DNA of 63,965 nt, counting the filler, from Intoshia linei (taxonomy: Eukaryota; Animalia; Orthonectida), in the NCBI GenBank assembly GCA_001642005.1. It is 10 parts of 10 records of this genome, joined end to end, with 100 filler letters (N's around TTAATTAATTAA, not from the genome) between each part and the next. Parts side by side here need not be neighbours in the genome. Positions count along the whole stretch, not along the records: positions 24,879 to 46,440 come from LWCA01000639.1; positions 46,541 to 48,536 come from LWCA01002486.1; positions 48,637 to 53,461 come from LWCA01001863.1; positions 53,562 to 57,330 come from LWCA01002035.1; positions 57,431 to 61,737 come from LWCA01001955.1; 5 more parts are not named here. One strand, 5' to 3'. The first letter of the stretch is position 1; every line of letters starts with the position of its first letter. The notes below the pieces were generated by a model, which saw nothing but the letters and a program-made list of their open reading frames with translations, was not told the DNA's origin and did not search any database. Position numbers and translations under genes: made by a program. Positions 31,733-58,131 of the stretch are shown one piece after another.

Positions 31733-33019
31733 ATTATTCAGCTAAATGAAAAATCATTCAAAAATTAAATAACAGAATAATATTATCCAAGTCAAGATAA
31801 ACATTCACAAGATTTAAAATTTTAAATTTCAAATTTCAAATTCGACATTTTAGATTGTAAGAATATATCAATGTTTCCCAATTTCAAAATTCCATGTTAA
31901 GCTCTGCACACAAAGTGAAATCTGATAAATAATTGATTATATTGGAGATTCATTCAGATTTAATTTGCTCTGGTATGAAGTTTGTGTGAAAACAAAATGA
32001 TTTCATAATTTAGTTTTTGAAATCAATCTTTCTTGATTTTATTGACACCTGTTGACCGTGGTTCATGAAGCTGGTTGGGAAACATGAATATATCTTAAAA
32101 TAAGAAATTTTAAAAGTACGTTAGTGTTTATCAAAATAAGTTTATTTACTTAATTGCACAACTAAATAAACTTAGTGAAGATTGCAAATGTTTTGAAATT
32201 TAAAAAATTTATCAGTAACTAGAATTTACTAACTTCTAGAACATATTGTCGTCATGAATAATATTAAATCGAAGTTATTTATTTGGATTTGCGCATTTTG
32301 TTGTGAAAAGTTTTCACAGGAAAGTTTCTTAGTGAAAACTTGTTTTATTACTTATTGTGTATTGTTATTGCTTATTGAATGTAACACTTACAATGTAAGC
32401 CTTACATATTGTCACTTGTATATTTATTTTTTTATGTCATTGTATGATTTCAAATTATTAATTTGTATTCTCGTCAATTAGTGACATAATAAACTTACAA
32501 TACAATAGAAAGTAGTTCAATCGATTGAGACTCTTGTGTTATTGCAAAATACAGATTGATGCTTGTTTTCATTATTGAGTGTGAAATGTATCGTAGTGTC
32601 TGCCAAAGACAAAATTAAAACTGACTTGATTTCGTTTTTTTAAATTTCTAGGACTCAGCTTTCCTAAATACAATGTAAATGTTTAGACAGACCGACATTT
32701 GGCAACTTTATCAATATAAATGACAATTACCGTGTTTCTCAAATGGGTATAAAGAAATTTTAAATTCTTAACTAATTTCACGAAAAATACATCAATGTCA
32801 TATTTATTATGATTTTTACCTTTAAAGAGCGATATTAGACGTTCATTAGAATAAAAAAATTTTTTTTTATATTTTGGTAACTAATAAATATAACTGAAAC
32901 CATCAAGAAAACCAGTCTCAAATTTAGATTCTAAATTTTTAAATAACGCAAAATAAATTAAAAACGCATTTTAATATTTAATTTTAAAATTGAAACATAC
33001 AATCTAAAAAATACCCAAA

Positions 33020-45600
<12,581 letters not shown>

Positions 45601-45922
45601 GATTTATAAATATAACATTCGAATTATGACTGAGGAAAAAATGTTAATCTATCCAGGCTGGGTCAAAAAAAATGGTTTGAATCTCAAAATATTTAATTTA
45701 TAGCTTTGGTGAAACCACTTTTAAAAATTGTATACAATTCTTCGTCTATTTTTTATGTTGCAATTTAATTTAATATATTTTACATTATTATACACAATTA
45801 GATGATATTTTAAGCATAGTTTAAGTTGACTTTGCACATTTTTAAGGTGTTTCTAATTTAAATTGTGATAATTACATCCTTATGTAAAATAATTTTTTAT
45901 TACATAGATTTCGATATTATAA

Positions 45923-46191
45923 ACATTTTCAGTACATAAAGTCGTTTTTTCAAAACTAAAATCAGTTTTATTTTCTTGGTTATTGATAAATATTGATAAT
46001 AACGCAATAACCATATTTCAATAAACATTTAACTTTTAATAAAATTTAACAATTAACATTTAGCAAATTGAGTCTGACGCACCTGACCAATAACTAAGGA
46101 ATAAAACTGACTTTAGTTTAGAAAAAACGACTTTATGTTTTTGAAAATATGACTTTAGTTACGAAAAAACGACTTTATGTACTGAAAATGT
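45923..46191. repeat. Foldback/MITE-like element with long inverted termini and a duplicated sub-terminal unit
   Basis: acattttcagtacataaagtcgtttttt versus aaaaaacgactttatgtactgaaaatgt; a ~42-nt unit occurs twice at the right end. Confidence 0.7.
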
Positions 46192-48709
46192 ATATATTAC
46201 TGAAATATTTATAATATAAATATTTTTTAATAATAATAATATATATAATAATTTTTTTTTAATTTTGATGAATTTTTTTGGTGGACCACAAACTTATAAT
46301 GATAATAATAATATATTAATTAATATATAGAGCTATTCTCTGTCATAAATTAAAAAAACGATAAATTTAAATGATATGCTAACATGTTTCTTTTTACGTT
46401 GTTTGTTAGTTTGATTTGTATATTTTCAGGATATTACAAANNNNNNNNNNNNNNNNNNNNNNNNNNNNNNNNNNNNNNNNNNNNTTAATTAATTAANNNN
46501 NNNNNNNNNNNNNNNNNNNNNNNNNNNNNNNNNNNNNNNNTTACTAAGTAAATTTTATCAATCTAAAAATATGCGATTTTTATTTTAAATTATGAAAAAG
46601 GCGATTCTAAATAAAGGTTGAGAAGCCCTTATCTACACTAATAAATACTTAAACAAAAATTGATGCTGTTATAATTTAATTAGCCATGATATCAAATATA
46701 TAAGGCGTTCCAACAATATAATCACAAATTCGTATTAAAAACAATAAGAATTTGTAATTACAAAAAAATAATTTATTTTACTATTAATTTTTTATTGTCT
46801 TATTGGTTTTCTTCTAATGCATGAACTCGAAGAGTAAGTGTATTAAAACATACGAATTTCCAAAAAAGTGTTCATATTTATAGAACAAGAACCAGCAAAA
46901 AAAAAAGCAACATTTAAGAGATTGTCAAACAGAATCATCCAAATAAAGACAACATACAACACAAAAATGCTAACATCCGTGTATTTCACCAATTGCGACA
47001 TTTTTTTCAAGCAGAGAAGTAATACATCCTCGTTCGAATTCAGATAAGAGTGTACCTCGTTGTGGCCTTTTATAATCATTTCAAATAGATAACAGATATA
47101 AGAATCAAATAATAAACATAATTTCACATAGTTTTGGGCAATATATAAATTTATAATATTTTTAATTGTAAATTAATTTCTAAAATATTAAACTTATCAT
47201 GACAAATTTTAGTATTTAAGATTTAAATTATTAGTCCTTTTCATAGTGTNTTAATTGTTAATTAATTTCTAAAATATTAAACTTATCATGACAAATTTTA
47301 GTATTTAAGATTTAAATTATTAGTATTTTTCATAGTGTTAAAAATAATAAATTCGCATTTTAACAACACGCTCACCTAAGAAAAATAAGACTTTTCACAT
47401 CGTTTTGAAGTTGAGTTTACTTAGTATAATAATGATAGTAATATTTTTTACCTAATAAACTAGATAATCCATCTGATGTCGTTTGACCTGTGTTATTATC
47501 AGGAATTGGAAATAATTGATTGATTTTTTTGCAGTTAATTAAAAAATGAAAAGATAATTTTCAATTAATTAAATTTTTTTTTATGTAGTTCAAAAATTAA
47601 ATTAATAATTATAAACTAATTTATAATAATACAATATTAAGGTGTCAAGTTGACACTGTCAACACTCGTTGTAGCGTATCACAGGCTCACCATGCTTTAT
47701 TTATTTCATAATTCCAATAAAGAAATAAAATAAATATTATGAAAATATTTTCTAGATAGTCTACCCTCTACTAAATAAAAATTTGGGACTCGAATAATTG
47801 AATGTTCATGATTGTAAAAATGGTAAACAATAAATTTAGATATAATAACCGTAAAATTACAGTTGATATTATAACAATTCAGAAAAAAATATATGTATAA
47901 ATTATTTATTAATTTTACATGTTACAAAGATAAATACATAATAAACATTATTATAATAATTATATCAATTATTTTTTTGTTTCTTTGGTTCTACCAAAGA
48001 AATCAGTTATTTTTGTGATGATCTTGCCAATTTTTCAAACTTTATTTCCTGCATTAAAGTCCATACACTTGATAATTTTTTAGCATGATTATTAGCTTCA
48101 TAATGGGTAACAGGTAAAATTTCTGGGTCTTCAAATTCAGATATTTGATTGTCTTCATATGTATTATTTTTTTCAATGGTTATTGTATACATTGTGTTTT
48201 AAAGCAAGAAAACGTGGTGTACTACGCTTGTCTTCATCAAACTGTAATGTTTTAGATACTAAGATATTTACAATATAAATTTTAATATGTGACAACATTA
48301 CACCTTCATCCATAGAAAATAACATAGTCCTTAAATTTTCCAGGTATAACTATGTATCTTTTTTGTTTGAAAGTATATAGAGGATTTTGTTTATTTTTAT
48401 GATGTAAAAGAGGTTTAAAATTAGTATGGAATTTAGATTTTTGTACATAAGAATCATAGTTTCTCTTTACTTTAGAATTGTGATTTTTTTATGAGATGTA
48501 ATTGCCTCCTTTAAGGATAATCTATTAGCATTAACTNNNNNNNNNNNNNNNNNNNNNNNNNNNNNNNNNNNNNNNNNNNNTTAATTAATTAANNNNNNNN
48601 NNNNNNNNNNNNNNNNNNNNNNNNNNNNNNNNNNNNATAGTATACATTGTATAAATTTATGTTTGTATCATATTGTAAATAATATATAAACTTTTTTAAA
48701 ATTTAAAAC

Positions 48710-51546
48710 ATGAAACTAATATTAATATTAATATTTTCAATTTCAATATTATTGCACGCCAAAGGTAATCATTGATTCGCATGGTTTATATATTATGACT
48801 TGATTGATACTTTAATAATTAACTTTTTAGTAATTTCGGACTAACAACATAGGTCTGACTATAGCGGATTTTTTTAGCTTTAACATTTTTCAAATGCACT
48901 AATATAACCAAAATAAGTTATATTTTAGTTGATCATTAACTTTGAAAATCAGAAATTGCCTATCAATTATGTAAAAACAAAATATATCAATTACATGGTT
49001 AGAATTACATGTGTATATCTTTTAATGATATCAATTTTAGAGGCAATACTAATAACATTTCGTTTTATTTTATCATTTATTTGAATATTTATTTAGAAAA
49101 TTACATATTATATTAAAGTTATTTGTATAGTAAATGCATTTTGTATTAAATATGATATAAAAATGTAACTTATAATGATGTAATGAAGATTCGACTACTA
49201 AGAAAATTTGTGTTAAATTTATTTTTCACCGCGTTAATTGAGAAATTAAGACAAAAAAAATACCGCGTTAACCGAATTTCGCGTTAATCGAAAATGAGTC
49301 TCTTTGGGAGACCTGTATTTAATTTTCAAAAATATCAAAAGTACACCCTACCACCCTATGAGCAATTTGAATACCTTCAATTTGCACCTAATGAAACTTC
49401 ACAACTCTTTAAAAAGCTATAGGATAATGCCTCTAAAGTTTTGAACAATTTATCGCTCATTGTAACTAATATTTATGATATTTTTAATAAATTTAAAATT
49501 GTTATTTGTAATCAATTAACATTTGAAAGCATTATATTGACGCATATATACGATATTGGAGAGATTAATCAGCATTTTTTTCAAATTCATTTTGTAAAAA
49601 AGTGTCAAATATTCAATTATTCAAATTTTGAAGTGCTTTGGTCCAAGGGTTTTTTAAATTTTTTTTGATTTAATTTTTGCCGATTGTGTAGTATTTAACC
49701 TTATTTTTATCGTACGTGAGTGTAATTTTGAATTTTCTCAAAAAAGTGCAAAATTGCATACCCCTAATATATGTAATCCGATATTAATTCTTAATATTAA
49801 CAAGATAGTTTCCAGTTAATAATTTTGAATCAATCAAATTTTTGTGACAGTGAACTATTTGTGTAATAAAAAAATTCCTGTAACTTCGTGGGAAATGACG
49901 CATATCATTAGTAGGATAACATTAAAAAAATAGTTGTATTAATATGTATAAATTCATTATTAACATAATATAGAATTATTTATAAAAAATGTTTTGATGG
50001 CCAAGATCATACATTTATAAAAAAATTATGTTTAATTTTTTCTTTTAGATGATAATTGTATACAGCATAACTATTCAAATGTATGTAATAAATGTGTTTC
50101 AGGATATTATCTTAATACGGATTATATATGTATGGGTAACAATTCTTATATTTTAACAATTTAACAGCGTGGTGCAAAAGCAAATAGCTTATTTAATTAA
50201 CAAGATACTTTTGAATAGCTAAAAATGTTAAATTTAATTAATAATAATATATCTAAACTAAGTGACTGTTATGTACCACGTTCAAACATCACCTATTTCT
50301 GCTGCGGGCTCATTTTTATTTTACCAAACAAATAAATTTAATTAACCAAACCATTTTGTATTTTGTTTTGACTGGTTTTTAATAATCTATTTATTTTTAT
50401 GTTACATTAATTATATCTGATTATTTAATACTGGTTAATCAGTATTATTTTAATCAGGTTACAAATTTTATAAAAATTTGTCGTTTTCACATAAAATTTT
50501 CCCGTTAAGTTTGGCATTGTGACTTAAACAATTGAGAAATAAGTTGAATAAAATAAAACATGCTACTCCAAAATATACCAAATATGTACTTACGATAACA
50601 ATAATGCGTAATGAATATAGTGTTTTATAATTGTAATTGCGCATTTTGATATTTAATTTTTAATATTTTTGCATTTGTTACAATAAAATAACAGCTTAAT
50701 ATTTGAAGTTGTTAATAAACATTATTTATTCGTTTAGAATGTTTACACAAAATTTTTGAAATGCTTTATATTTTTTTTAACTTGAAAACGACTAAAAAAA
50801 TGATTACAACATTTACAGAATATTTCGTATCTTTCTCGTAACAGCCATCATTTTGTAAAATATCAAATTCAGATAAATTAAGCGGTTTCAACTTTATTTG
50901 TTGCACTGCAAACAATGTTAGCTTAAAATTTTTAATAATATTTATTATAATTATTGTATCATTGATAACATTTTCAATTTAGACTGCAATACAATAATTC
51001 ACTGTATATATTGTAGTTATACAGATAGTAAGTTACAATGCACTAGATGTAACAAATATTATACACCTTACGTGGGCAAGTTGAACGTTGGAATTTGTAA
51101 AGGTATATATTACATAAAACGCCAACCAAGTTCAATTGAACTTCTTTTTAAAATTTATTCTATATATCAGTCTATATATGTATATCTATATATTTTTTTA
51201 ATATAGAAACATATGGACGTAATAGAGTTTATTGTAAAGCTTGTAACAAATTAACGTATTATACAGGATTGTCTATTTGTGTTATATTTGTAATTATTTT
51301 AATGTTAAAATTTTAAGTTGTTATGGACGACGAAAATGTTGATTAATTTACAATCTCGACTAATCATCTGTAGATAACCATTGATTCAATATATTTATTT
51401 GGTTAATAATTTTATTATTTTAGACGGAAAGTTTTGATTATGGGGATATATACTGTGGAACTCAAAATTCGTTTTGTTACAGACATTTAAAATTTTTGAA
51501 AGTATTGTCATGTGCTTTAGTACCGGTTATCTTTTTATATTTATAA
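48710..51546 (+). CDS. Putative secreted/surface cysteine-rich (CxxC, furin-like repeat) protein, about 155 aa; join(48710..48764,50049..50135,50983..51102,51207..51289,51424..51546)
   Basis: Signal-peptide exon MKLILILIFSISILLHAK; phase-compatible GT-AG exons DNCIQHNYSNVCNKCVSGYYLNTDYIC, CNTIIHCIYC...QCTRCNKYYTP...IC and YCKACNKLTYY...IC; hydrophobic C-terminus. Confidence 0.62.
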
Positions 51547-53561
51547 ATTATAATCACAATCAGTACCACATATATAGTTGGTTATATTAATGCAAAAATA
51601 AAATATTTAAAGAATAATCATTTATAATGGTCGCATATAAATTTAACTATTTATTAATATTATATCATATATTATATAATATTAGCATTTGGACTATTTA
51701 AAAAATTATGAATGTATTATTAAGTGAGAAAACGAAAAGACAAAATGCTATACATGTATTTGGGGTAAAATGATGAATTGTAAAATTCTGCTATAATTTA
51801 TTTACATCGTCACTTAGCACGCGTACATTTTATGTTCAAATCATCAGGTGAATATGTAAATAAAAAAACAAACAAAAATTTTAATATAACAATGTATTTC
51901 AAACAAATAATGATATCTACGAAAGGAGTGAAGTCATAATTGATTGGGTACGATAGACTAAACCATCAACCAAGTTACCCGATAAAATTTTATTTAAACA
52001 AATTTAAGATCAATAGGCTTTCCTATATCTCAATGTGTCATTAATCTTTTAAATTAATAAATCTTAAATCTAATTTAATCTAAAAAAATTAATCTATAAA
52101 AATTACTTATGTAAAAAAATAGTTAGAAATATAAATAGTATCTACGATAATAAAGAATTCACTAAAGTGATGAATTATAATTTATTATTTTTAAATTGGT
52201 TTTACTTTTAATATTATATACTTAACACAATTTTATTTTACAATAGTACTCAAAAAATATTTGAGTCGAAGCATTGAAAATATTTTGATTCAGTTCATAT
52301 TTATTTATGTCTTTTTAAAATTATATATATTTTTTTAAAAATTATGAAAAATTTATTTGTAAAGTGTGTCTGAAATATACAATTTCTTTTTGATTTTTTG
52401 AATTAATATGATTAGTATCACAGGATCTGTAAAATTATAAAAAATGCATTGCAACTACAAGAAAAAAATGTTGCCATAATTTTTTTACTATGAAAAATGG
52501 TAGCAAAACAAAATAAGTAAAGACGCGGGTTTTTTTTGTGACGAAAATAAAAAAAATTTATATCATACTCAAAATGAATTAAATAAAGATTATTGTATAT
52601 ATTTATTAAATTTCAAAAAAATTAAAATTGGAATAGCCCTATTATACAATATTTTTCAATAAAAATCGTTATAAGCGGTATCGTGTAGTGAAAATATTTT
52701 TAATTGAGATAATTCCATGTATTTTATAATTATTTTTATTTAGCAATGGCAATACCTATGTTCAATTGAATTTGTAGATTCATTTTGCTAATGGTAATAT
52801 ATATTATGACTAGCTTGACATTTATGCAATTTGTACAAACAGTAGTTAGCTCTGTCAAAAGCGACTTTTTAAATTTAAGACCGTTTTTTTTAATTGATTA
52901 TAGGCAATTTAAAACAATGCAGTATAATTAATCATCATATAAAATATGTAAAAATAGTCTTAAATAACATGAATTTACAGAAAAAATAAAATTTTAAATA
53001 CTTGTGGTATATACTTGTTTTTTGTTTAGTTTTTTAAATGCTTTTTTACTATTTTTTTTAAAATTCTGGTACTTCATATTTAAAAAAAAGTAATTTGGAG
53101 ATTTGACTATGGAGATGTAGAGTTTTGAGACTGAGATTTACGACAAAGTTAATGACTTTAAACGCGTTCGGTTTGTTTTTTAAAAATTTAGGGCTGATGA
53201 TCAGTGGTGGTATTATTGAAAAAAAAGAAATTTGGGTTTTTGATCCTGAAGAACTTAATATCTAAAAATAATTTGCATATAAACGTTAATTTTAAATCAC
53301 AGTATTAAAAATTTTGTTTTTTTAAATTCTACGCAATTCAATTTTTTAAATAAACGGAAATACATTCACACATAAGTAACGAATTTAAATGTTTTTATTT
53401 GAAAAATGAAAGTAGTACCAACCGTCAATTACATTTTAAAATATGACGCCATAGTGAGGATNNNNNNNNNNNNNNNNNNNNNNNNNNNNNNNNNNNNNNN
53501 NNNNNTTAATTAATTAANNNNNNNNNNNNNNNNNNNNNNNNNNNNNNNNNNNNNNNNNNNN

Positions 53562-54417
53562 GGCCAAAACCCCAAATTACCCTTCTTTTTTTAATGAAAA
53601 CAGCCCTAGAATTAAAAAATACAGGTGGTACAGTTGTATCCTATCAAGACAAACAAAAAATTTCAATCTGAATAAGTTACGCCTTCACAATCAAAAAAGC
53701 ATTTTAGTATTCATATATTTTTTTTCAGAAATATTTTATTAACAGTGGATGTCACCTACATGGTCTATGTAAATAAAAGCTTCAAATGTTAACAAAAAAA
53801 ATTAAGATGGAATAATTCACTTTAAAGTAAAAAGTAATGTGAATGATGGTTTCACCTGAACAAAATTTGGGACCATTTTTTTAAAGAATTGATAATAGTT
53901 AATAGTAAGATTTTTAAGTTAGATTTTCAACGTGAATTTATTTTTTTGGTATAATAAAAGATTGCTCTCGGCAGAGCTAGGTGCTGTTTGTACGTAGTAC
54001 AAAACAGCCAAGCTAGTAATGTATACGATTGTACCGTTTTTAGTTTATTTTTAAGATTAAATACTAAATACTTTTTTTCTAATTTATGAAAAAAATAGCA
54101 TCACAAAATTTTTTCTAAACGTTTTTACACTAATATTAACAAAATAAAGTGTTAATAATATACTAAATTTAATTTGATATGAACTTACTGGTCGAAATTA
54201 AAGTGTGAGAACCAGTCTATCATCCGAAATACAGCATAAAAAAATATACTGGAAGGTTTGATTTTTACTGGAATTAATGTTATTTATGACGATTTTTTAT
54301 ATTTTAATAGTGGTATTTTTAAGTTAGATTTTCAACATGAATTTATTTGGTAGAATTAAAAGTGTCCCTTGGCAGAGCTAGGTGCTGTTTGTACCTAGTA
54401 CATAACAGTGAACCTAG
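53562..54417 (+). mobile_element. Helitron copy with successive 3' termini (CTAG ending at 54016 and 54417)
   Basis: gcagagctaggtgctgtttgtac..gtaca..ctag|t occurs twice, with a third degenerate copy near 54465-54500. Confidence 0.75.
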
Positions 54418-54850
54418 TTAAATTATAAAATCTATTTTAAATTAAAAAGTCCGTCTCTGCATAACTAGCTGCTGTTTGTATGACGTACATAATAGTCCAG
54501 ATAATAACAGTATAGAATACCAATTTATGATTTTGATTTTAGTATCCAAAAATTTGTAAGGAACCAAATGCTCTGATGTATTATATTCATTAGTCTAAAT
54601 TAAATCAGTAAACAGTTTTTTCACTAAAATAATTGTTTCAAAAAACATGCATAGCAGTTAACAATCATCAGATATAATGCATATACTCATTACTTTTTTA
54701 TGTTTTGGTAGGATAAAGGAAAAATATCATACCGACACAAAAAGTAATAAAAACGCGAAAAATGGTAGTGATAACAAAATATAGAATACTTAAAATAACT
54801 TTAATTCAATGTAAGTAATGATAAAAATAATAATGTATAATATATAATTA

Positions 54851-56202
54851 TCCTAACTTATATAATATGCGATGCGATTTTTGTGTCTGACTTTAATGAA
54901 ATAACTAACACTCTTAGAATTTTTTAAAGACCATATTTCAATTACAGTTTTTTTCCTGGACGTATAATAAAATAAATTTCAACCTCCCAATTTCACATCT
55001 TAAGGGTCAAAAACCCCTGTTGTCCCTCTTTTTGAAAATTAAACGAATTGAAGAATTTAAAAAAATATATACACTAATGCGGATTTTAAAATCATAAACA
55101 TTATCATAAATTTAAATTTAAAAAAACTTTATCTTCATGGCCAAAACCCCAAATTCCAATCATTTTTTTTTTGAAAACAGCCCTAGAATTTCAAAAAATT
55201 TACAGGTTATAGAGTTATATTATGTTAACACACATAAAAAATTTCAATCCAAATAAGTGACGACTTCACGGGTCAAAAAAGCATTTTAATATTTATATAT
55301 TTTTTTTTCCGAAATATTTTATAAAAACAAAAAATATGAAATAATTAACGGTCCGAAAATTTAACGTATTCCCGGTGAAAAATAATTTTTAATATATTAT
55401 CAACCAATATTTTTCAAATATTTCGATTAAAATCAAAAATTGAAAATGTACATATTGATCCTAAAATTTCAAAAAAAATGTGCATTGAACGTCTACACAT
55501 TTCCAATGAAGACATATGGGTGAAATCTATATAATTCATTCCTTCGCAATTTTTTAAACATTTTTTATAATCTTCAAATGTTAACACTACAGCAACGAAT
55601 TTATAAAATTAAATTTATATTAACTGAAACGTATTTTTTTTTATTGATAATTATTACACATTTAACATGAAAGTGTAAAAAGAAAAGTAACATTCACAAG
55701 AAAAAAGGCTAAAAGTATGGACACATTTTTAACATCAATCATTTTTATATCACAATCAATCGCAATAAATGTAAAATTTGACTGAAATATTTATAAAGTG
55801 AAGATTCAGTTAATTATTGATACACAATTGGTATTTATTAAATTGGTACTGAATATATGACATCATATTGAAAATGACAAAATAGGTATTTATAATTTTT
55901 TTTTTCTGGAGTTTATGCTATTTATGAAAATTTTTAGGATTGGACTGTTTTTACTTTATTTTTAATATTATACACACATTTTGTCTAATAAATTAAAAAA
56001 ATGGGTTAACAATTGTTTTTGAATTATTTACACAAATGTTAAAAAAACAAAGGATTAATAATTATATCTATAACTATTATAATAGTTAATAGTAGAATTT
56101 TTAAGTTAGATTTTCAACGTGAATTTATTTTTTTGATATAATAAAAAGTGCCTTCAGCAGTGCTAGGTGATGTTTGTACGTAGTACAAAACTGGCAAGCT
56201 AG
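54851..56202 (+). mobile_element. Full-length non-autonomous Helitron (1352 bp), best reference copy
   Basis: A|TCCTAACTTATATAAT ... TTTGTAC-GTA-GTACAAA hairpin ... GCAAGCTAG|T; no TIR, no TSD, no ORF. Confidence 0.87.
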
Positions 56203-56489
56203 TAATATTATAATAATGGTAGTATGTCAAAACAGATAATTTTCAAAAAGGAGACAAAATTTAAAGTTCCGTTCAAATTGATTATAAAAAATTATATGAC
56301 ATTGATTTCGTGTCTCTCTCTGTTCTTCTATTATCCATCTACCTTCAATTACTTTACCCATATGTGGTTGGAATATGTTTGTCTATCCATGTGCATGCAG
56401 TTATTCTGCTGCATTTACTGTGGGAGTACTAGGGGCTATAAAATATCGAAAATCTGTAACAATTAATGTAATTAAACGATATTATGTAT

Positions 56490-57330
56490 AATTATATAAT
56501 ATGCTACACAATATTTGTTTGGGTGTGTGTTCCACTTTATTGAAATAACTAACAGTCTTAGAATTTTATAAAGTCCACATTTCAATTACAGTTTTTCCCG
56601 ATTTATAATAAGATAAATTTGAAAATCAAACGAGTTGGAGAATTTAAAAAAATTATACCTTCATGCCAAAACCCAAATTACCCTTATTTTTTCAATGAAA
56701 ATAGCCCTAGAATGTATAAAAATTTACAGATTGTACAGTTGTATCCTGTTCACAGACACAAAAAATTTCAATCCGAATAAATGATGACTTCACGGTTAAA
56801 AAAGTATTTTAGTATTCATATATTTTTTTTGCGAAATATTTTATTAACAAAAAGTGTGAAATAATTAACTGTCTGAAAATTAAAAAAAAAAAAATGATAA
56901 AAATAAAAAAGAAATATACGCATTCCCGATGAAAAATAATTTTTAATATAGTATTATCAACCAATATTTTTCAAATATTTCGATTAAAATAATCATTGAA
57001 AATGTATATATGGATTTTACAATGTCAAAAAAAATGTGCATTGAACGTCTACACATTTCCAATAAAGAAATATGGGTGAAAATCTATATAATTCATTCTT
57101 TCGGATTTTTTTTCATTGCTACGCAATTTTTAAATTTCAAATTATCATTTTTGAAACATTTTAAATAAAATTTAAATAAAAACTACAACAACGAAACTAA
57201 AAGTAATACAACTTTGTTATTATCATTTTTATATTTATTACAATCTTTCGCAATATTGGTTAAATTCGCTTGAAATATATTTATAAAGTGAAGATTCAAT
57301 TAATTATTGATACATAATTGGTATTTTTAA
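56490..57330 (+). mobile_element. Helitron family copy, cut at a spacer
   Basis: ttatataatatgc start region and shared internal blocks. Confidence 0.72.
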
Positions 57331-57539
57331 NNNNNNNNNNNNNNNNNNNNNNNNNNNNNNNNNNNNNNNNNNNNTTAATTAATTAANNNNNNNNNNNNNN
57401 NNNNNNNNNNNNNNNNNNNNNNNNNNNNNNAATTAAACATTACATGCAATTTTAATTAACAACCTAATTAGTATTTATAATACAAAATTTTTGCAAAGTA
57501 AATTAATTAAACAAATATATTATCCTTCGAATATATGAA

Positions 57540-58131
57540 TATTAAAAAAAAATGCCGTTATTATTATGATCTTAAGTATGCCGAAATATGGAGTTATTCC
57601 TTCACCAAATAATATACAACTTCCAATGTGTTTAATATGCGAAAAAGCATTATTATGCTTAACCAATATCGCTCCTGATATTCAAAAATTATCAAATAGT
57701 CATCAATATTAGGATAGCCATTAATAATACATTTTATCTTTTCTTTGTAAATCTTAAACATTTATAATGTCATGATTCCATTTAATATTTCTCATTTCAA
57801 ATTTGTTACATTTATTCTTTATAATATATTATTTTTTTTACATACTCAGTTTTTATCGTATTTTTTGTATATATTATTTTTATGATCCATCACATTAAAA
57901 AAATAATTTCAAATTTTATTTGCATATTTCTTAAGATATCAAAAAAACAATTATTAATTGCTTTTTTTTATGTATTCCGTATCAACTCTACTGTTAAAAA
58001 AATTGCTGCATAACATGCACTGCACATTTATAAACTTTGTAAATTAAAAAAATATCGATTGTTTTTATGGGGCGATAATTTTATTTTTGTTAAAAAATGG
58101 GCGATTCTCCAAAAAAGGTTAAGAACCACTG
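57540..58131 (+). mobile_element. hAT deletion derivative (BED-finger remnant fused to transposase C-terminus, right TIR)
   Basis: KYGVIP...QLPMCLICEK followed directly by LTNIAPDIQKL...SH*; ends aaggttaagaaccactg. Confidence 0.7.

Noticed and set aside
47165-47340. Direct ~85-bp tandem duplication
   Set aside because: Centred on a single n at 47250; probably an unmerged contig overlap.
46843-48536. Minus-strand ORFs 46843-47127 and 48007-48192 as a gene
   Set aside because: No consistent spliced model or recognisable domain; the contig is short.
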